Positions 51,511 through 60,600 of a stretch of 64,000 nucleotides of DNA are shown here, piece by piece. Positions within the stretch are counted from its first letter, which is position 1. Each line of letters opens with the position of its first letter. Position numbers and translations under genes: made by a program. The DNA is from a virus. The notes below the pieces were generated by a model, which saw only the letters and a program-made list of their open reading frames with translations, was not told the DNA's origin and did no database searches. The DNA lies in the IMG/VR virus record IMGVR_UViG_3300025778_000016, positions 6,562-70,561 of that record; one strand, given 5' to 3'.

Positions 51511-52524
51511 ATGAATTTATTTAAAAAAGCAGCCGTATTTACGGATATACATTTTGGTTTGAAAAGCAATAGTATACAACACAATGTTGATTGTAGTAAC
51601 TTTGTTGACTGGTTTATAGAAAAAGCTAAAAGTGAAGGGTGTGAAACCTGTTTCTTTTTAGGTGATTATAACCATCATCGTGCTAGTATCAACATTGCGA
51701 CATTGCAATATGGCTTACGTGCGCTGGAAAAACTAAATGAAAATTTTAGCCAGGTTTATTTCATTCCAGGCAATCATGATCTATACTATAGAGACAAACG
51801 CGACATTCACAGCGTTGAGTGGGCTAAACATTTACCTAATGTAACAATTGTAAATGATTGGCATAGTGAGGGCGATGTAGTTATTGCTCCTTGGTTAGTT
51901 GGAGAAGATTATAAGAAATTAAAGCGTCTTGAGGGAAAATACTTGTTTGGTCACTTTGAGTTGCCATACTTTTATATGAACGCAATGGTTGAAATGCCAG
52001 ATCATGGTGAAATCAACGTAGATCATATGAAAAATTTTGAACAAGTATTTTCAGGACACTTTCATAAAAGACAACATAAAAACAATGTTTGGTACATTGG
52101 CAATAGTTTTCCACACAACTATGCTGATGCTGGAGATGATCAAAGAGGTATGATGATACTAGCGTGGGGACAGGAACCAATATTTCATAGCTGGCCTAAT
52201 CAACCAGTGTTTAGAGTTTACAAGTTAAGTGAAGTATTAGAGAATCCATCGGGCTATCTACTGCCCCATTCTAGTGTCAGAATACATTTAGATATTGATA
52301 TCAGTTATGAAGAAGCCAATTTCTTAAGAGAAGAACTAATTCCAAAACATAATTTACGTGAAATGATATTAATGCCAATTAAATCTGAATTACACGCAAT
52401 TGATCTTGCCCCAGGCGAGTTGAAGTTTGAAAGCGTAGATAAGATAATAATTGATCAAATCAGTAACATAGAAAGCAATTCATATGAACCTAAGTTACTG
52501 TTAGAAATTTATAATAATCTATGA
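51511..52524 (+). CDS. gp47: recombination endonuclease subunit (Mre11/SbcD-like)
   Basis: Metallophosphoesterase motifs DIH, GD, GNHD and GHFH. Confidence 0.95.
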   Translation: MNLFKKAAVFTDIHFGLKSNSIQHNVDCSNFVDWFIEKAKSEGCETCFFLGDYNHHRASINIATLQYGLRALEKLNENFSQVYFIPGNHDLYYRDKRDIHSVEWAKHLPNVTIVNDWHSEGDVVIAPWLVGEDYKKLKRLEGKYLFGHFELPYFYMNAMVEMPDHGEINVDHMKNFEQVFSGHFHKRQHKNNVWYIGNSFPHNYADAGDDQRGMMILAWGQEPIFHSWPNQPVFRVYKLSEVLENPSGYLLPHSSVRIHLDIDISYEEANFLREELIPKHNLREMILMPIKSELHAIDLAPGELKFESVDKIIIDQISNIESNSYEPKLLLEIYNNL

Positions 52525-52742
52525 AAACAAGACAATATAGGGATTTAGAGTCGTTGATAAAAATCAATAAACATTTAGGTATTGCGTTAAATGAAATAAC
52601 AAAAGTGCATCCTTATGTTGGTAGTTTAAGAGAACAGAGAACACTTATTAGCGCCAAATTAAAAATAGAAGGAATAATTGAAAGAACATTAAAGGCTGAA
52701 AATTTAGCCAAAAGTGATTTTTTCAGAACACTAGAACAATGA
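52521..52742 (+). CDS. hypothetical protein inserted between gp47 and gp46
   Basis: ATGA overlaps on both sides. Confidence 0.7.
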   Translation: MKTRQYRDLESLIKINKHLGIALNEITKVHPYVGSLREQRTLISAKLKIEGIIERTLKAENLAKSDFFRTLEQ

Positions 52743-54496
52743 TTATACTAAAAAATATTACATTAAGAAATTTCCTTTCAATAGGAAATGTTACACAAGC
52801 AGTAAACTTTGATACTAAAGAACTAACACTTATTCTAGGTGAAAACTTAGACTTAGGTGGTGATGGCGCAAGAAACGGTACAGGTAAGACAACTCTTATT
52901 CAAGGGTTGAGTTATGTGTTGTTTGGAACTCCAATCAATAACATTCGTAAAGATAATTTAATCAATCGTACCAATGGTAAGGGTATGATGGTGACACTTG
53001 AGTTTAGTTGTAATGGTATTGAATATAAGATTGAACGTGGTCGTAAACCAAACATATTAAAATTTTATATTAACGATACAGTACAAAGCAATGATGCTCA
53101 GGGTGAGAATAGAGAAACACAAGAGCAAATTGAAAAAGCAATTGGTATGACACCTGATATGTTTAAGCACATTGTTGCGCTTAATACATATAGTGAACCA
53201 TTTCTAGCAATGAGTGCTAATGATCAGCGTAATGTTATTGAACAATTATTGGGAATTACATTATTAAGTGAAAAAGCCGATTTGCTTAAAAACTTAATTA
53301 AAGATGTAAAAGATAGTATTCAACAAGAAGAATTTAGAATACAAGGTGTTGAAGAAGCCAACAAACGTGTTAAAGAACAAATCGAAAGTACCAAACGCAG
53401 AAGTGCGTTATGGCAAAAGAAACATGCTGAAGATTTGGCTAAACTTGCTTTGGCTTATGATGATTTAACAAAAATTGATATTGATGTTGAACTTCAAGCA
53501 CATAAAGATTTAACTCTTTACAATGAAAAACAAAAGAAAATTAATGATTTAAATAAATTAATTACTCGTTTGGAAAGTGACCAAACAAAAGAAAACAAAA
53601 CTGTTAAAAAACTTTCTAAAGAAATTGAAGATTTAAAAAATCATACATGTTATGCTTGTGGACAAGAGTTCCATGATGAAAATCATAATACTGTTTTGTC
53701 CGATAAAGAAAAAGCATTAGAAGAGGCACTAGCACAATGTGAATCTATTGTGTCTCAAATAACTGAACATCAGTCTGAATTAAACAATTTGGGTGAGTTA
53801 GGTATTATACCAAAAACACATTATGACACTGAAGCTGAGGCTGTAATGCATAGCAGTCAGATCAGTAATATATTAAAACAAATTGATAGTAAAAGTGAAG
53901 AAACTGATCCATATATTGAACAAATCAGTGAAATGGAAAGTCAAGCACTTCAAGTTGTAAGTTTTGACAAGATAAATGAATATACAAAATTAATGGATCA
54001 TCAAAAGTTCTTGTTAGACTTATTAGTAAGTAAAGATAGCTTTGTTCGTAAAAAGATCATTGATCAAAACTTAAGTTATTTAAACGCAAGACTCACACAC
54101 TATCTTGATAGAATTGGATTACCACATCAAGTAGTATTTCAAAATGATTTAAGTGTTGAAATTACAGAATTGGGCCGTGAACTTGACTTTGATAATTTAA
54201 GTCGCGGTGAACGCAACAGATTAATTCTAGGTTTAAGTTTTGCTTTCCGTGATGTATGGGAAAATTTATACTTCCCAATCAATACATTGTTTATTGACGA
54301 ACTTATTGACAGTGGATTAGACACACTTGGTGTTGAAAACAGCATGGCTATCTTAAAAGAAATGAGTCGTAGACGCAGTAAGAGTATTTGGTTAGTCAGT
54401 CACAGAGAAGAACTAGCAGGTCGTGTGCCTAGTGTATTAAAGGTTGTTAAAGAAAATGGATTCACAACCTATAATAGTAGTCATGAGGTACTATGA
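52739..54496 (+). CDS. gp46: recombination ATPase subunit (Rad50/SbcC-like)
   Basis: Walker A NGTGKTT, zinc hook CYAC within the coiled coil, signature LSRGE, Walker B LFIDE and H-loop VSH. Confidence 0.95.
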   Translation: MIILKNITLRNFLSIGNVTQAVNFDTKELTLILGENLDLGGDGARNGTGKTTLIQGLSYVLFGTPINNIRKDNLINRTNGKGMMVTLEFSCNGIEYKIERGRKPNILKFYINDTVQSNDAQGENRETQEQIEKAIGMTPDMFKHIVALNTYSEPFLAMSANDQRNVIEQLLGITLLSEKADLLKNLIKDVKDSIQQEEFRIQGVEEANKRVKEQIESTKRRSALWQKKHAEDLAKLALAYDDLTKIDIDVELQAHKDLTLYNEKQKKINDLNKLITRLESDQTKENKTVKKLSKEIEDLKNHTCYACGQEFHDENHNTVLSDKEKALEEALAQCESIVSQITEHQSELNNLGELGIIPKTHYDTEAEAVMHSSQISNILKQIDSKSEETDPYIEQISEMESQALQVVSFDKINEYTKLMDHQKFLLDLLVSKDSFVRKKIIDQNLSYLNARLTHYLDRIGLPHQVVFQNDLSVEITELGRELDFDNLSRGERNRLILGLSFAFRDVWENLYFPINTLFIDELIDSGLDTLGVENSMAILKEMSRRRSKSIWLVSHREELAGRVPSVLKVVKENGFTTYNSSHEVL

Positions 54497-55506
54497 GTCT
54501 AGCGCTTTGGCATTGGCATATTGAGATAAGCAGTAAATGTACATTGCGTTGTCCAAGATGCGCACGAAGTGAAGTGCCTGAAAGTTTAGTCAACACAGAA
54601 TTAGGTCTTGATTTTTTTATAAAAAACTTTGATGAAAGTTTTATTAAAAATCATGTAGAAAAACTTACATTCTGTGGTGACGATGGTGACCCCATATACG
54701 CACATGATTTTTTAAGTGTGTTAAAGTATTTTAAAAATATTAAGCCGAACATCAGCATTGTTATAGTGACTAATGGCGGATATAAATCAAATGATTTTTG
54801 GAATGAATGTAGCAACATATTAAATGAATATGATACAATTCATTTTAGTTTAGATGGCTGGGATAATGCCAGTAATAATTTATATAGAGTTAATAGTAAC
54901 TTTGATAGTTCAATCAATGGTGCTAAAATATTAATTGAAAGTAATAAATGTTATGTAGTTTGGGACGCAATTGGATTTAAATTTAATGAAAACAAACTAC
55001 GTCACATGAAACAACTAGCAAAGTCATATGGTTTTGATATGTTTCAATTAACTAAAAGTACAAAATTTGGTGCCATATATGAACACTATGGCAAAAATGA
55101 TACATTACAACCAAGTAAAAAATTAATGAGTAGTAGTCATAGATTTGAAAGAGAATACACATATTTCACTGAAAGACGACCTAATGAAAGTTTTATGACT
55201 ACTAACTTGTCACACTATGATAGTGTAGAAAATATAGGAAATATTAAACCTTTATGTCATATTGGCAATAAAGGATTGTTTATTAACAGCAAGGGAGAGT
55301 TTTTCCCCTGTTGCTGGGTAGCTAATAGATATGGTCACAATAATAAATTTGTTGACTTAAGCAAAAGCTACAACTTACACAACGTAACTTTACAAAGTGT
55401 ATTAGATTTAGATTTTTATAAAAAAAATTTTGTTAATGATAGTTTTGAATGTAATATTAAATGTAACAAAGATATTGTTACAAAAAATTATGGTACAGAG
55501 TGGTAG
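54493..55506 (+). CDS. radical SAM enzyme with C-terminal SPASM/twitch domain
   Basis: CTLRCPRC, GDDGDP, VTNG, and C-terminal PLC...PCC...ECNIKC. Confidence 0.9.
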   Translation: MSLALWHWHIEISSKCTLRCPRCARSEVPESLVNTELGLDFFIKNFDESFIKNHVEKLTFCGDDGDPIYAHDFLSVLKYFKNIKPNISIVIVTNGGYKSNDFWNECSNILNEYDTIHFSLDGWDNASNNLYRVNSNFDSSINGAKILIESNKCYVVWDAIGFKFNENKLRHMKQLAKSYGFDMFQLTKSTKFGAIYEHYGKNDTLQPSKKLMSSSHRFEREYTYFTERRPNESFMTTNLSHYDSVENIGNIKPLCHIGNKGLFINSKGEFFPCCWVANRYGHNNKFVDLSKSYNLHNVTLQSVLDLDFYKKNFVNDSFECNIKCNKDIVTKNYGTEW

Positions 55507-55520
55507 GAATATATAAAGCT

Positions 55521-56087
55521 ATGCCAAGTCCACAAAAAGCAAAAGGTTCAGGTTTTGAAAGAGAAGTCGCAAGATTTCTATCAGACTTATACAATGAATC
55601 ATTTATACGCGCCCCAGGTAGTGGCGCATATGTGGGTGGCAAAAACAAAGCTCGTACACAAATATTACATGAAGGACAAATTCGTAGTTTTAAGGGAGAT
55701 ATTGTTCCAGGACAAAGTTTTCCTAAACTAAACGCTGAATGTAAAAGTTATGCTGATTTCCCATTTCATTTAGTTTTATCTGGAGAATGTAAAGTTCTTG
55801 ACGGTTGGCTAGATCAAATGATGGACGTAGCAGAAGATAATGATCTTAATGTGCTTTTTATGAAATTTAATCGTAAGGGGCGCTTTGTTGTAGTTCAGAC
55901 TAAGTATACATGGGTCACAGACCATTTCTTGTATTACACTAGTGCTAAACACAAAGATTGGATCATTATCGAATTTGATCACTTTTTTAAGTTTAATAAA
56001 GAAATATTTGCGGCATACTCAGGCTCATCAGACACCAAATCAAACTCTCACACTTTACCTCTTAATTCAACTCAACAATTAGTTTAA
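55521..56087 (+). CDS. Holliday junction resolvase-like PD-(D/E)XK nuclease
   Basis: KAKGSGFEREVA...GDIV...AECK (Hjc-type E...D...ExK). ATG 55521 is preferred over the GTG at 55500. Confidence 0.8.
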   Translation: MPSPQKAKGSGFEREVARFLSDLYNESFIRAPGSGAYVGGKNKARTQILHEGQIRSFKGDIVPGQSFPKLNAECKSYADFPFHLVLSGECKVLDGWLDQMMDVAEDNDLNVLFMKFNRKGRFVVVQTKYTWVTDHFLYYTSAKHKDWIIIEFDHFFKFNKEIFAAYSGSSDTKSNSHTLPLNSTQQLV

Positions 56088-56456
56088 TCGGGGTTGCCCG
56101 ATTCTCCTTGAGCAAGCCTGGGAAGCCAGTCGCCTGCGGATTCTGGAGTAAGCATGGCATTTTTTTAAATGTCGTGGAACACCGAGGTGGCACTCGACTG
56201 AGATTGCGAACCACCAACAAGTCTGTAACTACTATGTATTGATGTTACAGAATGTGCGTTGCTGAACACTAGCCCAAAGCTAGCAGATTCACTACAGACC
56301 CATAATACTTTACAGAGCAACCGGTGGCGAATAGCAGCAACAATAGCTGGCTAGTCGGGGTATATACATCAAAGGATGACGGGCAGGCAAGTTATTTTTT
56401 TGGTAGTGCTGTTTAGCACTACCATGGCTTCTAAGCGGCAAGTGGTATGCATACCA
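56086..56456 (+). ncRNA. candidate large structured non-coding RNA (family not recognised)
   Basis: No ORF of 60 aa or more, about 46% GC by manual count in an AT-rich genome, and more than 10 mutually compatible helices including three long-range ones. G-U pairs favour the + strand. Confidence 0.75.
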
Positions 56457-56500
56457 AGTAAAGTTTTTAAATTTATAATAGATTAAGTTACTGTAAAAGA

Positions 56501-56543
56501 TAAGACCGAACGAAGTGAGGGCTTAGACAAACGAAGTTTGTCT
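56501..56543 (+). other. tandem hairpins with AC-GAA-GT triloops (origin/priming signal or terminator)
   Basis: TAAGACCGAAC-GAA-GTGAGGGCTTA (tandem G.A mismatches) and the perfect AGACAAAC-GAA-GTTTGTCT, followed by Ts. Confidence 0.6.
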
Positions 56544-56544
56544 T

Positions 56545-56775
56545 TTAAAAGAAAGGCATTTGTGTTTTCTTAGTTGTTTCCAAATTACTTTCTATCAATT
56601 CATTTAAGGCATTTCTCTCATCACTGGACATATTCAAGATATCGGTATATGTAGCTCCACCTCTCATATACCAAGCCATGGTTAGGCAGTTCTTTTTAAT
56701 GTCCTTGACTTCATTCTCATATCCATCAAAAAGCTTCTTAATAGCGTCGGGTTTTAAATTAAGAAGCCTTAAACG
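56545..56775 (-). CDS. 76-aa -1-frame extension of the gp26-like gene (tail-assembly-chaperone GT/gp51-like domain), absent from the ORF track
   Basis: Open frame RLRLLNLKPDAIKKLFDGYENEVKDIKKNCLTMAWYMRGGATYTDILNMSSDERNALNELIESNLETTKKTQMPFF. No ATG until residue 33; it begins exactly at a slippery site. Confidence 0.8.
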   Translation of the reverse strand, partial: RLRLLNLKPDAIKKLFDGYENEVKDIKKNCLTMAWYMRGGATYTDILNMSSDERNALNELIESNLETTKKTQMPFF

Positions 56776-56781
56776 AAAAAA
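56730..56781 (-). promoter_or_regulatory. programmed -1 ribosomal frameshift signal
   Basis: In-frame U UUU UUC heptamer (56781-56775), 4-nt spacer and 13-bp stem AAGGCUUCUUAAU/AUUAAGAAGCUUU (56770-56730). Confidence 0.8.
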
Positions 56782-57590
56782 TCGGAAATGTTCAGTGTGA
56801 ATTTAGTTTGGTATGGATGCTGACAATTAACACAGGTAACGTCTAATGGTTTTAGTTCGCCTTCTTCACGAATTGAAGCATTTTGCTCACGTACTGCGTT
56901 ATATGTATTTTTATCACAATTCAATAAAAATTCTTTGATAAAAGTCTTTTCTTTTACAATACCGACTGGTGTTTTAATATAATCAATGGCATCAGTTAAT
57001 ATTTTGATAGTTAATTCTGTTATTTTTTCCAATGCTGTTTTATTTTTTTGAAGTCTAACTTCATCGCTATCACTTTCTACATAGGCTGTAGAAGTTGAAA
57101 CATCAAATTGGAACAGACTAATATCAGTCATTTCTTTAAATGTAAATGGTCTAAATTTAAAATACAATTCCCCGACATTGTATTCTTTGTCATAATTTCC
57201 TGATTTTAAATTCAATAACAATCCAGTTAGGTTTACGTTATATTTGCCACTTTCTTCACATTTTGGGCAAACACTTTCAATTTCAAAGTTTTCCCCAGTG
57301 CTTGCTGCTTTAATGGCTATAAGTATAGCATCTAAGTCCATGCTATTAATTTTCCATGGATCTAACATATTTGGTATACAACTCTTAACGATTTCTACTA
57401 CCGCAGTTCCATTAAACAATGCGTCTGGAGTTCGTGCTGTAATTTCATCAATAGCTGTCATTGGATAAACAGGTAAATCGCCTGTTTCTGTGTTGTTCAG
57501 TACAGATTTATCATAGTATAAACCTTGACTAGGCAGTTTAACATATAATGCTGGTCTGCGAAAATATTGTTTAAGTGGGTTATCGGTCAT
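56769..57590 (-). CDS. baseplate hub assembly protein/tail chaperone, T4 gp26-like
   Basis: VKLPSQG, PMTAIDE, DLDAILIAIKAASTGE, CPKC and CVNC zinc motifs, and the DFF terminus typical of gp26-like proteins. Confidence 0.8.
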   Translation of the reverse strand: MTDNPLKQYFRRPALYVKLPSQGLYYDKSVLNNTETGDLPVYPMTAIDEITARTPDALFNGTAVVEIVKSCIPNMLDPWKINSMDLDAILIAIKAASTGENFEIESVCPKCEESGKYNVNLTGLLLNLKSGNYDKEYNVGELYFKFRPFTFKEMTDISLFQFDVSTSTAYVESDSDEVRLQKNKTALEKITELTIKILTDAIDYIKTPVGIVKEKTFIKEFLLNCDKNTYNAVREQNASIREEGELKPLDVTCVNCQHPYQTKFTLNISDFFV

Positions 57591-57623
57591 AAAATTCCTT
57601 ATATATGTGTATTTTTTGGATAA

Positions 57624-57630
57624 CTAAATA
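57624..57630 (+). promoter_or_regulatory. putative late promoter (CTAAATA) for the tape measure gene
   Basis: Motif 24 nt before the ATG at 57655. Confidence 0.6.
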
Positions 57631-57636
57631 CAAGTA

Positions 57637-57644
57637 TATTTATA
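57637..57644 (-). promoter_or_regulatory. putative late promoter (TATAAATA) for the gp26-like gene
   Basis: Exact T4 late consensus on the minus strand. Confidence 0.7.
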
Positions 57645-57654
57645 GGCGAAAATT

Positions 57655-60600
57655 ATGGCTGGCGAAAATCTTAATGAATCAACAGAAAAATTAACTGAAA
57701 CGCAAAATGAAGCGTCTGCAGCTGCCAAAACTTTAGCCGAAGAACTTCTCAAACTTAGTAAGGTTAGTTCAAAAAGTACTAACCAACTTAAAGCTGAACA
57801 ATTAACAGCAGAAAGCAAATTAAAACTAGAACAAGATGTAGCCAAAGTAACTGCTCAGTTAAGCAACGGGCTTAATCAGGTTGTTAACGGCGTTAATACA
57901 TTAGTAGGCTCGTTAAAATCTTTTGGTAATGCGTTAGATAGTGCCGGATATGATTTAAGTAAATTTGGCGGCGCAATACAACAATATATTACTGGTGTCT
58001 ATCAGCTTATACCGCAAACTGAAGCTATAGGTAGAATCACAAATAATTTAGCAGGAGCAGCTGGTGAATTATATTCTAGTTACCTAAAACAAATTGACAA
58101 CACTTACAAAGCTTATGGATCATTAAGCAAATTTGGTGAAGGCGCAGAAATAACACTTGGTCAGTTCAAGTTAATGGCAAACGCAGCAGGTTACAATGCT
58201 GCGAATATGGATAAATTTACAAAAGCTATCACAGACATTGGTCCTGGATTGCTTAGTTTTGGTGGTACTGTTCGAACAGGCGTAGCAGCCTTTAGTGATT
58301 TAAATTCATTAATTGGTGATCATGGCGATGCCGTTCAAAAAGACATAGATCATTATAGAAAATTAGGTCTTGAACAAGATGAATATCTTGCTATGCAGGG
58401 TCAGGCACTTAATTATTTCTTAAAATCTGGTCAAACAATTTACAGTATTGTAGGTGAACAACAAGATAGAACAACAGCACTTAGAAAAGCATCTAACGAA
58501 TACATTGATCAGTTATATGAATTAGCAAATATAACTGGTAAAAATGTCAGTGATTTACAAAAAAGTCGTGAACAAGTATTAGCAAATACACAATATCAAT
58601 TATATCTTACTCAGCAAAATGCACAAGTTGAGACACTTAGAAGAAGTGGTCGTGATCAAGAAGCTGATGCTTTACAAAGAAGATTAGAAAGTATAACAAA
58701 TACCTTAACAGTAGCAAAAGATTACTTAAGTCCAGAAAGATTTGCCGCACTTCAAAGAGGATTTGCCACACAAGGTCAATATTATGGCAACAACCCTGAG
58801 GCTGTAGCAGGTCTATTAGGATTGGTACCTAATCTTACAGAACTTATTAGAAACAGTGACCCACAAAAAGTATTAGCTACGTTAGGTGAAGCAAGTCAAC
58901 GTAGAGCAGAAGGACCTGTAGGTGCTGGCGGAACCTTCTTAGAAGATAAAACATTGACAGCACTTGGTATAGACGCTGGATCCTTAGAACTTGGTCGTCA
59001 AATTAAAAACGCAGGCGGCATAGAAAATTTCTTAGAACAAAGAAAACCTAAACCAGGAACAGAAACAGAACAAGAAAAAACAGATATTGCTATAGATTCT
59101 CTTAACGCATATAAAGACCAAATGCGTGATTTAGGTGTTTACTTTGATGATAACAAATTGGCAATGGCCAACCAATTAATACATTTAGCGAACATATCAC
59201 AAACAATGGGTGGATTACTATATGTTGCTGAATTATCACTTGGTGTATTAACTGCGATTAGAAGCTTAGAAGCAGTAAATGCTTTGACTGGAGGAAAAGG
59301 ACTATCTGGTTTATTTGGAAAAGGCGCAGAAGGTTTACTAGGAGGAGCAAAAGGAGCATTAGGAAAAGCAGGAATGGCTGCTGGAGCTTTAGCAGTTGGT
59401 TATGGCTTATATGAGGGCTTTAAGGACGATGACGATGATGATAATACTGGGCAATCAACGGGTAATATACCCGGCATGCCATCGATGGGAATGGGACAAA
59501 ATTTAGGATCAGACGTCACAGGAACTGCTTTAAACATGATCGGTTTAAAACCAATCGGTGGATCTATGCCTGGAGGTGTTGTCCCTAACATTCCTTTACC
59601 TAGATTGAATCAACAACAAAGACAAGTTAATGAACAAAAAACAAAATTAGAAGAAAATACAAAGCAAAATGAAAAACAACTAAAAGAAATCAAAGATACA
59701 AGTGATGAATCTTGGGGTGTTTGGTTTCATAAACATAAGGAATTTTTAGAAGATGCCGCAATTTCAGGAAGTTTAGCAATTGCAGCAGGCGTTGTAGAAG
59801 GCGCAAGTTTTGGTCTCGCTACCCCTGTAGCGGCAGCACTGGGAACTGCTTCGCTTTATTATGGAGGTCAAGCATTAGCTGAAGGCGCTAAAGATTTGGG
59901 AAAAGATATAAAACAAAATCGCCGTGCTGCTGATCAAAGAGATCAAAAAGCCAATGCGGCATCATCTAACACACCAGAAGCAATAATTGCTCAAAAAATT
60001 AAAAATCCAAAATATAACCAAACTGTTTTCTATAAAGGAAAAGCCTACATATATAAACAAGGCAGATGGTGGCCAGCTGATGCTGCGCAAGCAACTATAG
60101 CAGCAGGAAGTAAGGATCTCAGTACTTTACAGAAAAATCAATATACTAGTTTAGAATTAAGCGATACAGCAAGTGTAGGTGAATCAGCAGCAAGAGGCAC
60201 ATCAAACTTGCCAAGTATTACAACTGCTACATTGCCAAATGCTTCAGTAACAACAGATACATCAACTGAACGAAGATCACAAGTTGGATTAGACTCAGCT
60301 AATATGCTAACCTCACTTGTTCAAATACAAAAAAATACTGAAACTACAGCACATGAATTAGCAGACATCTATGACATTGTAAATGATTGGTACATCAAAA
60401 CTGCGGTTGATACAGCCATGCCAACTGGCGGTGCTGGCGGTGGCGTAAGTGGCGGCGGAAAGAATAAAGATTTAGGTGATGTTGCTAAGATTGGCGGAAA
60501 AACACGATCAGGCGGTGGAATTGCTTGGAGAGCAAATAATCCAGGCGATATTACTGCCGGCGCAACTGCAGAAAAACTCGGTGCGTTGCCTAATCAATCA

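Noticed and set aside
56086-56456. Identification of the structured region as RNase P RNA, tmRNA or a group I/II intron
   Set aside because: There are loose echoes (CAGTCGCC and CATGGCTT of RNase P, GATTCTGGA of tmRNA, TAGTC of group I P7). However, GAGGAAAGTCC, a tRNA-like T-arm/CCA end, a GACTA partner and a group II domain V are all missing, and no gene is interrupted.
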